From NCBI RefSeq assembly GCF_001194135.2, contig NC_068995.1, positions 11,924,325-11,988,324 of the forward strand: DNA of 64,000 nt, given 5' to 3'. Positions 1-13,760 of this stretch are shown here, one piece after another. The stretch comes from Octopus bimaculoides (taxonomy: Eukaryota). How positions within the stretch are numbered: position 1 is the stretch's first letter; each line of letters opens with the position of its first letter. The position numbers and the translations under genes are program-made. The notes under the pieces are model-generated. The model was not told the DNA's origin. It saw only the letters and a list, made by a program, of their open reading frames with translations, and made no database searches.

Positions 1-57
1 CTCTCTATATATCTATTTGTCGATTTAAACATCCATCCATACATGTATGTGTAAATT

Positions 58-266
58 CTTTTATTCTTTTATTCCTTTCAGTCATTTGACTGCGGCCATG
101 CTGGAGCACCGTCGTTAGTCGAACAAATCGAACCCAGGACTTATTCTTTGTAAGCCTAGTACTTATTTCATCGGCCTCTTTTGCCGAACTGCTAAGTTAC
201 GGGGACGTTAACACACCAACATCGGTTGTCAAGCGATGGTGGGTGGGGGGACAAACAGACACAAAC
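58..266 (-). mobile_element. SINE family A, 3' half (tRNA-derived, CORE-like octopus-type SINE)
   Basis: Reverse complement of the family A 3' body (cagtcatttgactgcggccatgctggagcac...gccgaactgctaagttacggggacg) also seen at 15170-15360 and 20845-21003. Confidence 0.85.
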
Positions 267-274
267 ATTTATAC

Positions 275-310
<36 letters not shown>

Positions 311-354
311 ATATGTATGGATTGTATGGATATATATTTGTGTATATATATTTG

Positions 355-560
355 TGTATGTGTCTGTGTTTGTCCACCATCATCACTTGAAAACCGATGT
401 TAGTGCGTTTACGTCCCCTTAATTTAGCGGTTCGGCGAAAGAGACCCGATAGAATAAGTACTAGGCATACACAGTCCTGGGGTCGATCTGTTCGACTAAA
501 TGCAGTGCTCCAGCATGGCCGTAGTCAAATGACTGAAACAAGTAAAGGAATAAAAGAATA
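355..560 (+). mobile_element. SINE family A, 3' half
   Basis: aaccgatgttagtgcgtttacgtcccc...gtgctccagcatggccgtagtcaaatgactgaaacaagtaaaggaataaaagaa matches the other family A copies. Confidence 0.85.
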
Positions 561-1859
561 TATATATACATATAAAGCTTGAAACATATGAAATGAGATT
601 TTAAAGCCTGGAACATAAGGATTTTTTTGTAGTTTGTAAGACGAAAGAATAAAAATAAATAGTAAAATGTCTTTTAATCCACATGACAATAAAAAGAAAC
701 CCCTTTTACATTTTAGTTTTAAAAAATCCACGTTCATCAAAGAAAACATGGAATTGTCTTCTAATGAAGAAAACAGCTAGTGTTTTGGAATGTTTCTCTC
801 TTTTGGAAGGGAATTTTGGAAATAATTTCTTCGCACTTAGTGGCTATTTCAGAATGACTACTAACAATCCAAGAATAATGTCAATATTACTTTTGTAATT
901 CTATCATCTCGTATTAGAGAAACAAACACATGGTGATTTACCTAATCCTTCAACCAGCAGAAAGTCAGCTGCTAACCACACTAGGAACAATGTTTACGCT
1001 GTATGAGGTGTGGTATTCTAATTCCGCACAAACACACAGACAGACATGCACACACAAATAACTGAAATCAGTCCATAGGCAAATGTTTTCATATAGATAT
1101 AGTTGCAGAGAACGTTTCCGTCCAGTTTCATGTTTCGTAGAAAGTAAAGAAAAAAAAATTAGAAATTTTGCGGAAGACATTCAAACAGAATGCTTAATTA
1201 AAGCTTAATTTAATATTAGATATTTCGGTATAAATTTGTTTCAAAATAATGGTAGCATTTTTTTTTTGTGACCTTGTGATTCCATGGGCTATTCTTGGTG
1301 GAAATGTTGTTTTCAAAGCGCAGAACTGTGAAAGTATTTTTTTGTTTATTGAAGACAAGTAGTTGCTCATCCGTCCCAATCTTTCTTCTTCACATAGCAG
1401 ACAAAGCAAATTTTGGAGCAAGTAACAAATTTTCCAATTCAGACAATCTTTTGAAAAATAACTTTTATTAACCAACTTGTCATATTCTATTGAAAGAACT
1501 GACCAGTTGTACAGATGTAAACACAATGTTTTCTTCTTTCTTTCTTTCTTCTGTCTTTCTTTCCTTCTCTTTTCCATTGACACTCCTTTCAGATACACAG
1601 GCACACACACACACACACACACAATCGGTGTTGTTTATTTATGCCCCTATACATAGCAGTTAAAAAAAAAAAGAGACCGATAAATTCTAAAACCAATGAC
1701 TAGGTTCAATTTGATCGACTAAATTCACACATATCACATTTGTGCCCTAACAAGGCCGAAGTTCATTGAATGAAAATGTCAAAGAGATTTCCAAAAAAAA
1801 ATAATGTAATACAGGAAGATGGCGTAGCGAAACATAGCAAACATATTTTGTGACCAAAT

Positions 1860-2058
1860 ATTGACTTCAAAGTAGGGCACATGAGCCGCAGTTTTTGAGG
1901 AGGGGTAAGTCGTTAACATCAACACCAGTACTCAAATGGTACTTACTTTATCGATCGCAAGGGATGAAACGCAAGATCGACTTCGGTAGCATTTGAACCT
2001 AGAACTTAAAAGGGGGACGAAAAACCGTTAAGCAAACGATAATGCCAGCATGGCGGCT
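1860..2058 (-). mobile_element. SINE family B, diverged copy
   Basis: Carries the family B core in reverse (ggtacttactttatcgatcgcaagggatgaaacgcaagatcgacttcgg...atttgaacctagaac). Confidence 0.7.
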
Positions 2059-2469
2059 TATTTGTGGCGAAACATTTTTAGAAAAGAAACAACAAAATCT
2101 ATGAGGTATTCCTTGTGAGTAATGTCAACTGTCTCCAACAGTCGTGTCTAATGCCTCCAAGTCAAAAGACATCAATCCGATATTTTATTTCTAAATTTAT
2201 CACCGACAGACAGACAGACAGACAAAAAGGAAGTCACTGTACAAATGCAATTCTTTACTATTTGCGTCTTCTAATTTATGAGTGTGCGAATGTGTTTGTG
2301 TATGTGCTTGTGTGTGTGTGTGTGATTGTGTGTGATTGTGTGTGTCTGTGTGATTGTGTGTGGCTGTGTGATTGTGTGTGGCTGTGTGTGTCTGTGCCTG
2401 TTTAATAGAAGGAATGGAATTCATTCCACGACTTAAAATATTCACTTCGTTCCGTTTCTTGTTTTTACT

Positions 2470-2570
2470 TTCCTTTTTGCTGTTACTTGTTGTTGCTGTT
2501 GGTGTTGGGGTTGTTCTTCTTTTTCTTCTGTATCTTACTCTTCACGTTCTTCTTGTTATTCCTCCTCCTC

Positions 2571-2602
<32 letters not shown>

Positions 2603-2845
2603 TGTCAACATCACCATCGCCTTTATCATCACTACCACCGCCACCAACAACAACAATTCCATCAACCCCGTCATCCTCCTCCCCACCATGAAATTATCGT
2701 CATCACGATCATGATCATGGATATTGTCGTCATCGTCTTCATCATCATCATCACCACCACCACCACCATCACCACCATATCATCATCATCAGCAGCAGCA
2801 GCTTCTTCATCACCCCACTACAACTCTTCTTCTTCTTCTTCTGGA
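2470..2845. repeat. Compound trinucleotide low-complexity tract (TGT/TCT/CAT/CAC/CAA/CAG)
   Basis: Successive runs of different triplets, read directly. Confidence 0.9.
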
Positions 2846-3404
2846 AATACGCCGAAAAAGCATCTTTGCCGGAATCAAAACTAAATGTTGCTAATTTTAG
2901 CATCTAAATTTTAAAAAAAGGAAGAGCGAAAAAAATTTTTTTAATAGCAACAACGACCACAACAAAACATTCCACACAATCATCACCACCACTAGCAACA
3001 ACAACAACATAAATAAACAACAACAAGAACAAGTTTGCATTCTGTATAAAAGACACATTTTTGTTTGCCTTTTTTCCTTTTTTTTTGTTTGAATAAAGAA
3101 AAGCAAGGATTGTGCCGTAGGAAAATTGTCGATTAAAATGGCCGAGCTGACTGCAAACGAGCCACTGGAGCAGCGCTTTCGACAAGGAAGTGTATTCCAA
3201 ATGGAATACAAATTATTGCGCTACCAAATATGCTCGAGGCAAAATCCACAGAGTTCATCTTGTGGGCAAAATCTCAGCAGAAGTTTCAACGCTTGAGTCA
3301 ATTTGATTTGAAAGCCATTCTACTATTTCAAATCAAATTTCGGCATTGATCTTCTGTTGGAGATAGTAGAATAAATCCACTGCAGAATTTTATCAGTAGT
3401 ACAA

Positions 3405-3415
3405 GTAGCAGATAA

Positions 3416-3496
<81 letters not shown>

Positions 3497-3680
3497 GAGA
3501 GAGTGAGAGAGGGTGGGGTGAAAGACAGAGAGATAGACAAACGGAGACAGACAGACAGACAAACAGACAGACAGGTAGATAGACAGACATACAGATAAAT
3601 AGATAGATAGATAGATAGATAGATACATACATACATACATACATACATGCATACATACATGCATACATACATGCATACAT
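3405..3680. repeat. Compound microsatellite (GATA)n-(GA)n-(GACA)n-(GATA)n-(TACA)n
   Basis: Read directly. Confidence 0.95.
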
Positions 3681-3873
3681 TTACCTACTTGTCATACAAG
3701 GCCCTGATTTCAAGACTGCTCTCAAAGTTACACAAACGGAATGTTTATGTATGTATGTCTCTATATATGTATGCATGGATGTATGGTTACATGTGTAGAT
3801 GCATGTGTAAATATATCTCTCTCTCTATATATATATATATATGTGTGTATGAATGTTCGCGCTCACGCACGTG

Positions 3874-3922
<49 letters not shown>

Positions 3923-4460
3923 TTAGAGAGAGACAGACAGACAGAGTAGTATATATGTTAGTGCATGCAATTATAAATATACATATACATACATAGATAC
4001 ACAGATACATACATACATACATACAGACAGACAGACATACATACATACATACATACGTACATACATACATACATATATACATACTTAAGCACATAACCTG
4101 TAAGTAACATAATAGCAAAGCGAAAGTTAACCTCGACAAACATGATATCTTAGAAATCCATCAATCATTAACAAGAAACTATTCACAAGAATCCGCAATC
4201 TAACAGGCTTACAAAAGCAGCAGCAAAACCCTTTCTTAAGCAGAAAATATTTGCAAACCGGAATAGGTTACGAAAAGACCTTCTTCTGCTGAAGACAACG
4301 AAACAACTCAAGATAAACTTGATAAATGGGGTGGATAAATTTAAGAAGAGCATTAAATTTGAATCATCTTTTGAATATGGTGAAAAGATATTGGAGTAGC
4401 AGCCATCTGCTATTTACAGGCTGAATTTGCTGCTTAACCGTAATAAATTACATTAGAAAA

Positions 4461-4498
<38 letters not shown>

Positions 4499-4687
4499 TC
4501 CATGTGTTGTGTGTGTGTGTGTGACGTATCTATGGATGTATGTATGACTGCAGTAGATTAGCAAAACCGCTAGCGCATGTATTTTAATGGCTGTTCCGCA
4601 GTATGGCCCTTACATGTAGGCTTAAACAGGTATATGAATAAATATGTATTATGTATGTATTTTTGTAGACATATATACATACATACA

Positions 4688-4723
<36 letters not shown>

Positions 4724-5119
4724 TATCCTACACTATGTCGTTTATTTATTTACCATACAATTTTCATTTATTATATGTATATATATATATATTTATATNN
4801 NNNNNNNNNNNNNNNNNNNNNNNNNNNNNNNNNNNNNNNNNNNNNNNNNNNNNNNNNNNNNNNNNNNNNNNNNNNNNNNNNNNNNNNNNNNNNNNNNNNN
4901 NNNNNNNNNNNNNNNNNNNNNNNNNNNNNNNNNNNNNNNNNNNNNNNNNNNNNNNNNNNNNNNNNNNNNNNNNNNNNNNNNNNNNNTATATATGTATATA
5001 TATATATATACGATGTAGGTGTGTGTGCGTGTATAAATGAAATGTATAATAAATGAATCGTAATTAATCGAAATAAATATTGCTAATCATTTTATCCGAC
5101 GCACCATCATATTTAGGCA

Positions 5120-5325
5120 AACGACCAGAAATTTAGTAGGAAAGGTGTTAATCGATACCACCTAAACCGGTCCTAGGCGGGTACTTTATTCCATCGATCT
5201 CGGTGGAGTGAAACGCAATGTTGTCCTCGGACAGATTTCAAGGCAGCGCGTTAGAAATCGGATGAAATATATTCAGGAATATTTCTTTACCAGCGCTTTG
5301 ACGATCCTCCCAGCTCACCGCTCTT
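5120..5325 (-). mobile_element. SINE family B, highly diverged copy
   Basis: gttaatcgataccacc...gggtactttattccatcgatctcggtggagtgaaacgcaatgttgtcctcgg...gacgatcctcccagctcaccgc aligns by eye to the reverse family B consensus. Confidence 0.55.
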
Positions 5326-6264
5326 AAAATATAGCCTATAATCATGTATATGATTATAATCTATTATATACATGTAGAAATAAACATACTCCATGTTCAT
5401 TCGTCTACTATGTAGACATACTAACATGGTAAATTCAACTATTTCCCTGCAGAATGAAAAAATAAATAAATAAAAGTACTTCAACGGCTTTAATAGATTT
5501 TCAAAACTAACTTATTTCTCATCAGAGGTCCCTGCATTAGAGGTGCCTACATCCAGACAAAGAAGCAGTCAACAAAGTGAATAGCTACACGGAGCTGGAG
5601 CTATTAATTTGCATACCAAAACTGTTTAACGTTTCATTCATACCGGCTGCCTCTCAGATGGAAACTAAGTCCAGACATTATCAAGGTATGGTAGAATATA
5701 CATCAGCTTGCGTAGGAGAAATGCAAACACAGCCAAAGAAGTTCAGAGCTAAATAATAATCAGATTCAGAGAAAGAATAATAAGTGAGAGAGAGAGAGAG
5801 AGAGAGAAAGAGAAAGAGAGACAGAGAGAGATAGAGAGAGAGAGAGACAGAGACAGAGATAGAGAGATGTCGTTTGCCAAGAGACTGTGATAGTGTATGC
5901 TATCTTTTTATTAAACTATAAAAGCATGAGGCACTGATACATTGCACTCCTCGTTTTACTGTGTGGTTAACTGTATATATGACTACATCAAAATTGTACA
6001 GCCCCATTTAATATAAATCGATACGATTCAATGGATTATAATGAAGAAGGCGACTGTTCTCACCCACAGCGTGATGCTGTAATCAAAAATTGCCAGAATT
6101 AATTCCTTAATTGAGAATTTTATTTCTCAGTGAAGGATTAGTCATTTCATTAACAAAACATTTTGGAAAACCGAGATAGTTATTACTTTATTCTAGCCAT
6201 CCATGCTAATGAGCTAGTCATAACTACTATAATTGCTCAGCAATGCTAGCTTTCGCGCACGCGC

Positions 6265-6390
6265 CCGTGTGTGTCAGTGTGTGTGTATGTGTATGTGAGT
6301 GTGTGTATGTGAGTGTGTGTGTGTGTGTGTGTGTGAGAGAAAGAATGTGTGTGAGGGTGCTCGTGCGTAATATGTCTATGTATGTGAGTG

Positions 6391-6424
<34 letters not shown>

Positions 6425-6427
6425 TAC

Positions 6428-6470
<43 letters not shown>

Positions 6471-6500
6471 CATATACCTATATGTATATATACATACAAA
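6265..6500. repeat. Compound (TG)n/(TA)n microsatellite
   Basis: Read directly. Confidence 0.9.
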
Positions 6501-7804
6501 CATATAAGTACATGTGTAATACTACATAATTACAGTTAATTAGTGCAATTAGGAAATAATTTGATAGGAAAGTCCTGATAAAAACACACAGAATGTTTTC
6601 TGTTTCACATGGTCTATGAAACTCATTCCTCGCTAACTTTTAACCCCGATGTTCAACAACAGTCACGTTGGAATTAATTACAAAACTTCCCAGACGAGTG
6701 GAAGCAATCAGTCTATTGTGTTACGTTTTTCCTTTTCTTGTAAACAGAAAAATATAATACGGCTATCGCATTAATTTTACAATGAAAATAGTTTGTTTTT
6801 CGCTTTGGAATTTCCAAGTATAAAGTTTATTCTATTCGAATAGGTTCATTTGAATAACTATTCGGTAGATAATCTCCTGTGACCAACTGCAAATATCTAT
6901 CTCTTGTATGTGATGAATATTGCCTCTAGGATTATCAGCAGAGATGAGAACAATTCATGAATTCTAGAACTTCAATGCTGTAGTTGAGGTTATATTATAT
7001 ATTCGCTTCATCTGAAAAATCGCCTGCTCTAGAGATCTCTTACGGCTACTTTACTTTCATTGTGAGCTTGATTAAGCTGGACGTGTAACGTACGATTAGC
7101 TAGTCATCTCTTATGTATATCATCGTCTCTTGTCAATGATCTTGACCTATAGAACTGACTGAAGCACTAGCGGTCAGTTGCCGAGACATTAACATATAAC
7201 AGTCATCAGCCTGCTTATAATACACACGGTTGCTCATTGAGCTGACAGAAGAGAAAGAAATGCCTTTAGTAATTTTCCAATTCATATCAAGCTACAACAA
7301 GCAGAAATGACGAGTGTCAAGAGGATTCTGTAGAGACTTCATCAAACATTTTCACTAGCATAGATAATTCTAGAAAAAGAACAGAAGTAAATTGTTAAAA
7401 CTTAAACCATCTACTGAAGTAACATCCAAAAATCGAATTTTTTTCTACATGCATTTCCCACATGGTTTTAAAGAAAGTAAAAGAATATTAGAATTACAGA
7501 TGAAATTATTGTGTAAAGAGCCTGATCGAATGAAAATAACATAAGACTAACAATAAAATCATGTTAGCACTATACACAGCCATATTGCAATCTTTTATAT
7601 ACTATTGTATGCCATACAACTTTACATTGCTGTGTATCAGATCACGATGCACTCTTATACTCTTCCTTCAAATAATATGCTGCTTCTGTTTAGAATACAT
7701 TGTACTAATCCGCAAAACTATACTGTTTTACAGTTGTTTTTTCTTGTTACATTATTATGTACTTCCATATCATATCATAAAACATGGTAACATACAATAT
7801 CCTA

Positions 7805-7845
<41 letters not shown>

Positions 7846-9447
7846 GGGTTTGTATGATTGTGTATAGAAGAATATATTATTCAAAGGAATTCCATCTCTG
7901 TTTTTTATGTTTTATTTATGTTCTTATAATATTAATGTAGGATATAGAATATATTGTATATATAGTAGGTATAGTAAAATGAAATGAAGTATTGATTGTC
8001 TTATTGAATAAAGGAAATATTGAATATCAAATATTAAAGGACTAGTATACACTCTTCAAGGTCCCACGTTGTGACAGGAATGTTTCAACTGTAGCTGACT
8101 GGCTGTCTTTTGTCCTTCATATACATTCCTGTGGACAGCAGTATTAGTTGTTTGGCTATTTTTAGAGACGATACCAAACCATTTTTCAATGTTTATTTTT
8201 AGAAATAATGAAAGCAGTACGTTTTAGAGATTTTTTGTGTTTTAGTTATAAGGATAAGATTTTTAAACACCAAATAAGATTAATTTAATCATTGTTTTTT
8301 AAGCTTGGGTTTGAATTTCTTAATAAAGTCCTTTTCTCTCTTTTCTTTACAATGTATTTCTCCTTTGCCCGTCTATAACCCGTATTTCTTACATGTTAGA
8401 GTAACGTCTTTTTTACCTTTTCCCTTATATAATTAAATACTATATATATAAAATTATTAATTTAGTATAATTTAACCACACGGATTTATAGCATGTTGTC
8501 TACTTGATATTATCATTTACATGATTTTATCCTTGTTCATACACGCACAAACACACACACAAATATATATATATATATATAACGTTGACCACTAACGTGG
8601 ACATTCAATGTGCTAGAAATAGATCACATCATTATTAAAACAGGAACTAGTTTCGAAATTAACACTCCTTACCGAAATTAACACTCCTTACTGTTTCTCT
8701 TCAGCCTGATCTGTAACCATAATCATCAAAATCCCATACAAAGTTGCCCACCGTCATAGGTGCACGTGTATGTGGTTCTGTTAATTACAGCTTAATGGTA
8801 AAATTCAAATGTCTTCGTTTTGGCGCGCTAATTCCGGGGATATGTCTGCAGAAAATATTTACTGTGTCGCACATATCCAGTTTGAGAACTTGGTTATGGT
8901 TACTCACATACAACATAGGGTAAAAAAATCATATATTAATTAATATCGATTTATTACCAGGAAGCTAGCACATTTAAAGAATCAAAGAGATTCAGAAACA
9001 ATATCTGCAATCTCAGGGGATTAAAGTATATTTTTATATATAACATTGACCACTATATGTTATGCATATCCAGTTCATAGTATACCCTTTTTAATAATAA
9101 ACCATTCTAGTTTACTCTATTTGCGACGAGAAGGATCCTTACTGCATAAACTTTCCGTGATTTCCTTCATCCCGCTTCAATAAAGTGCGTAGCTACAAAT
9201 CACATACGCACTCGCATACATACGCACAAGCTTTTACATTTTACGCTGTTATATTTTAGTCTATTGATATATAGTGATGTATATTGTGATATATAGTGAT
9301 GTATATTCTCGTTAGACTATCGTCAGCTTTTAATTCTTTATTATTATTATTTTTATTTTTATTGTAGTTCGAAGTGTATTTTTTAATGTTGCATTGCATG
9401 TTATATTTTTTGTATGTCTTCACATTTATTTTGTCGATCATCTACAC

Positions 9448-9711
9448 CAGTTGTTCACAACCATTTTTTTTTCACCAATGGACCTCTTTAGTTTCTATTT
9501 CATTTGGGTGGACTTTCATAACCATTTCATGTTTAAAGATTCCTATTCTATTTGTATTACCAAATAATATTAGGAATTATATAAAAAAAAAAGCACAATC
9601 TTAAAATATTTTGTGTATTGTAGAAAAACCAATTTATTGCACGTAAATCTTAGCATCAAAATCTTATATGGACCTCTAAAGTTCATATGAACCCATGCTG
9701 AGAACCATATG
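9448..9711. mobile_element. hAT-like (Charlie-type) MITE
   Basis: Imperfect terminal inverted repeats cagttgttcacaacc ... gctgagaaccatatg resemble the CAGTGGTTCTCAACC-type hAT end. Subterminal atggacc(t/c) motifs lie at both ends, and a related partial copy is at 15370-15500. Confidence 0.55.
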
Positions 9712-11233
9712 ACTACTGGCAGGATCAACCAGGTATCGTCATCGTAGCGTCGCTGTAGTAGCGTCCCCGTCGCGCCGATGTTTATATTGGTGGTGGTAAT
9801 GTTTGTGAATTATGTGAAATATTATTCTGCTTCGTGATGTGTAAATGGTTGGACTAAATGTTTGTGAAAATGCTTTTGTATTGTTCATTCCTCTGGGAGT
9901 GTTTTCTGATGAGGGCAAACAGGTGACTTGGACTGAATTAGAGAACTAGTTCGCATGTGAGTGTAGTAGTAGCTAAGACAGTGGAGAAGCTGGTGAAGTC
10001 TGAGAAGGAGCTGTGTATTTTAACGGAGATATGGGTTTATATTTACTGAGAAATAATTTGTTTTTTTTTTTTTCTGGTTTAACAACACCATCTTGTAACT
10101 GGATGTTATTAGCGGTGTCAAAAATGCTGCAAACATTCATATTAGGTCTCCAGTGTGACGGCAATACCTCCTCCTCCTCCTCCTACTCCTCCACCCCCTC
10201 TTCCATTCCTCCTCCCTCCCTTCTATCCCCTTACGTTTGGAAGATCTGCAAAACTCACCCTTGCAGCTTTCTCGTTGTTCTGACTGAACATTAATAAAAA
10301 TCCAAAGAATTTAGCTGTCCTGCTATTCTGTCTCCTCTTGTATTAACTGTATTATGTTTGTGCCAGGACATGAGTACTGTAGTTTTCCACCACTGATGAT
10401 ATTCGGAAGTGCATTGAGATAATGGAGCTTCAGCTTGCCTCATGAGGTTAACAGTGGTATCTATATGTTAATTCTATTACTGCAATTCATTTTCTTAGAT
10501 TAGTCATGAATGAATGCATTTCTAGTAAATTCTTCAGCTCTGATTTTATTCAAGTTTTTTTCCCAGTATCTATGAAGTTCGATGGTTTTTGTATTACAGC
10601 AAGTTTAACTTATTTTTCCTTATGATGATATAATTTATATTGGCTATTTTCGTACTTGTAATTTATATTACTTGCTTTTTGTTTGTTCGTTTGTTTGTTT
10701 GTTTGTTTGTTTGTTTGTTTGTTTGCTTGTTATCAATGTAGTATCTTCAGCAAGATCGTTGTTGGAGCTGAGAACTTTAATAGGAAATTAATGTCGGTAT
10801 TTCCGGTGTTTTGCGTTATGTTTATGTTGTGATTAAAGATATATTTAGATGATGGTTTTCTTTTTCTGCTTTGTATTCTGTGTTTGCGTGTGAATTTTGT
10901 TGTTTGGGTGCTGCTATCTTTCCGTCGTTCTTATTATCTCTCTCGTTCGGAGTCGATGCCTTCGAACAGTTTACATGCTTAGTGCTGAAATGTATAGCTT
11001 TTTTTTTTTGCTTTTTTTTTTGGTAATTTTCTCCGCCAACAATTTTTATCTCTCGATCGACGTTCGAGAAGTGGCAATCATAAGGTTTTTGCCACGATTT
11101 TTTTTTTCCTTAGGATTGGATTTTTCCAAAAAATCATTCCATTGTTATGACGATAAGAGATTCGGTAGCTAATGTTGACTTGTCTAGTCATTTTGTAAAG
11201 GTTTCTGCGTTAGTTCGATAGAGAACTTTTTTA

Positions 11234-11285
<52 letters not shown>

Positions 11286-11349
11286 GCTCTGAAGAAACAG
11301 TGGCAAATATTAATAACCGAAGTAAAAAAAGACAGCAAGACACCATATA

Positions 11350-11600
11350 ATGTAATTACCACGCTTAATCAACTCTAGCAACGGCGAAAAAAACAACTTC
11401 AAGTAACATACACACATTCCAACAACATACAAACTAATTTGTCAAATACATTTCTAAAACTAACCAAAAATTAATATTAAAAGAAAAAGAAATCTCACAA
11501 ACTCTGAGAAAGAAAACTCGCTAACGTAATAACTTTAACCCCGTCCTTCTACTAAACATTTGAATATCAGCAGGAAAAATCTCACTTAAAGCCTCAAGGC
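11350..11600 (+). mobile_element. Possible degraded Penelope-like element fragment (RT-endonuclease linker)
   Basis: Translates as QRRKKQLQVTYTHSNNIQTNLSNTFLKLTKN, reminiscent of the Penelope motif ...NPPYSxNVxTNIGxxFLxLIDKHF. Weak, by eye only. Confidence 0.3.
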
Positions 11601-12112
11601 TTGATATAATCACAAAGATATCTAAAACGTATACAACCTGAAGGTATTTTTTCATTCACCAGTATTATGAACTACCCGCACAAACATTACGAAATAACTA
11701 TAATCTTCATAAAGATCGGAATTATATCATCCCTAAAAACATGACAAGAAAACCAAGAAGAGTAACACTACCCAGACTGATCACTATCCAAAAGCATATC
11801 TAACAAATAAATCAAATATTTTGAATGTTTGATAACAACACTTCATGCATTTCCAACTTAGGTTCTGCTTTTTAAACTGAAGTGCCACACACCCTGCATC
11901 TCCGCACCGCATCTAAAAACGAGCGAATGATGGAGACATTATGAGTGTTACAAGGAATGACAAACGTATGCTAGAAATGGCAACCGTATTTATACTCTTT
12001 AAAAAAATGTGATAGCTACGGTTTGTGCGCTTTTGATCATAGGTTTTGCATAATCAGGGTTAATCAAGGACTAAAATACAGCTATGATGAGATGTTATAC
12101 AATGAATATATA

Positions 12113-12320
12113 ATGGTTTCTAATTAAGGTAAAACATTTGAGGGGAGGAGTTAGTCGATTTCAATGATCCCAGTACTTGATAGGTACTTTATTTTATGGA
12201 CACAGAAAGGATGAAGGATAATGTTGGTCTCAATGGAAATTATAACGTAAAGAGCCAGTAAAAATACCTCGAAGCAAGCTTTTCTCCCTATGCTCTAATG
12301 ATTCTACCAGCTGCTGCCTT
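12113..12320 (-). mobile_element. SINE family B, diverged copy
   Basis: gaggggaggagttagtcgatttcaatgatcccagtacttgataggtactttattttatggacacagaaaggatgaagg...gattctaccagctgctgcc. Confidence 0.65.
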
Positions 12321-12750
12321 GTACTAAGAATATATAATGACTCTAATCCTCAATATCTACCAACATGATACTAAGCATTTCAGTAAAATAACCAAAACAA
12401 GAATAACAACATAACACACCACATTTCAGGTCGCTATCGTTACATTGTGTTTAATAATTGCTAATAAAAGCAAAGTCGATATATTCTATCAATTCCAGTA
12501 CTTGACAGAGGAAGGAAGAAAGTAGAATTCAACATAGGTAAGATACGAACTCAGACACCGAGCGCGAAAAATAAAAAAAATGATTAAATATCGCATATTT
12601 CATCTGTCACAATAGGCTCAGCCAAACACTGCCCTTATGCATTGATACATCATATGATAACAACGCATCTAGTATCGGAAATCTTCTGGCCGGAGTACAG
12701 CAAGGATTCACTCCCATACTCATTGTAATAATTTTACATCCACGCTCCTG

Positions 12751-12801
<51 letters not shown>

Positions 12802-13039
12802 CTCTCTCTCTCTCTGTGCACAAAGCACATATTGAGGTAACAATATTTACCATGACCTACCGTTGACAAGTTAGTGATGATCGTCTATTCCGAACCTGCA
12901 TCAGCAACCTAGAATTTTAATTATCCACAAATAGTTTTAAAATGTCACCTACCAAATGGCAAATCTATCATCACTGTTTTAAAATCAACCGAAAAAAAAA
13001 GACAATAGAATAACAATAGATAACCAATGCAAGTAGGTT

Positions 13040-13225
13040 CGAAGACCGCGAGTTAGGAGAATTGTTAGCACGTTTGGCAAAATGCTTAGCGGGAACTCGT
13101 GCGTCTTTACGTTCTAGGTTCAAATGTCACCGGGGTCGGCTTTACCTGTCATCCTTTCGGAATCGATAAAATAAGTACCGGTCCTCCTCCAAAATTTCAG
13201 GCCTTGTGCCTTTAGCAGAAAGAAA
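13040..13225 (+). mobile_element. SINE family B
   Basis: gcgagttaggagaattgttagcacgtttggcaaaatgcttagc...ttctaggttcaaatgtcaccggggtcggctttacctgtcatcctttcggaatcgataaaataagtacc. Confidence 0.8.
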
Positions 13226-13479
13226 TGTAAGCAAGCTCTCTCACTGTTCTCTCTCTCTCTCTCTCTCTCTTTCACTCGCATATACACACGCATGAGCGCG
13301 CGTACACACACATGTTCTCATGTATACACACACATAAAGACATAAGTAAAATAACAGTCTACAACATTCACGGCGCACACCGAAAATATAGTAAAGAAAA
13401 GGAAACGCAGATACACTATACTCACACATTTAAAGACACCAGAATTTTACCAATACAAAGAAACAACAACACCAGTGTA

Positions 13480-13760
13480 CAAGAAACAATTCATATTTAT
13501 AAGATCTATCGCACACTGACTGATGTTTGCTCGGCCACCCCTAATTCCTTCACAACAAACTACAAAGTTCACGAAACAACGTGCTTCATATCGTCGCAGC
13601 TTGCATACATACCGCATCTACGGCTTTATCAACGCAGCGAAAGGAAAACTATTCAAAGCATTAACAGCACCTGAATATACAGTGAGCATATTTTGTTGAC
13701 GCAGCAAGTTCCAAACTACAACACATAATCCCTGCTACTCTCCAAACAGCTAGACATATA
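13480..13760 (+). mobile_element. Possible degraded Penelope-like GIY-YIG endonuclease fragment
   Basis: ORF 13312-13674 contains IYKIYRTLTDVCSATPNSFTTNYKVHETT...SSQLAYI, loosely matching Penelope IYKxxxxxxxYxGxTxNxFKxRYxxHxxSF...STxLSxYIW. Confidence 0.3.

Noticed and set aside
2372-2884. 170-aa ORF with poly-His/Gln/Thr/Ser runs
   Set aside because: It is simply the translation of a compound trinucleotide tract; overlapping frames on both strands are also open, with no domain or splice context.
8654-8691. Exact 19-bp tandem duplication (cgaaattaacactccttac x2)
   Set aside because: An ordinary short slippage duplication with no further structure.
9880-10800. Possible degraded non-LTR retrotransposon on the minus strand
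   Set aside because: I could not recover a convincing RT or endonuclease motif by eye; it needs a tBLASTx search.
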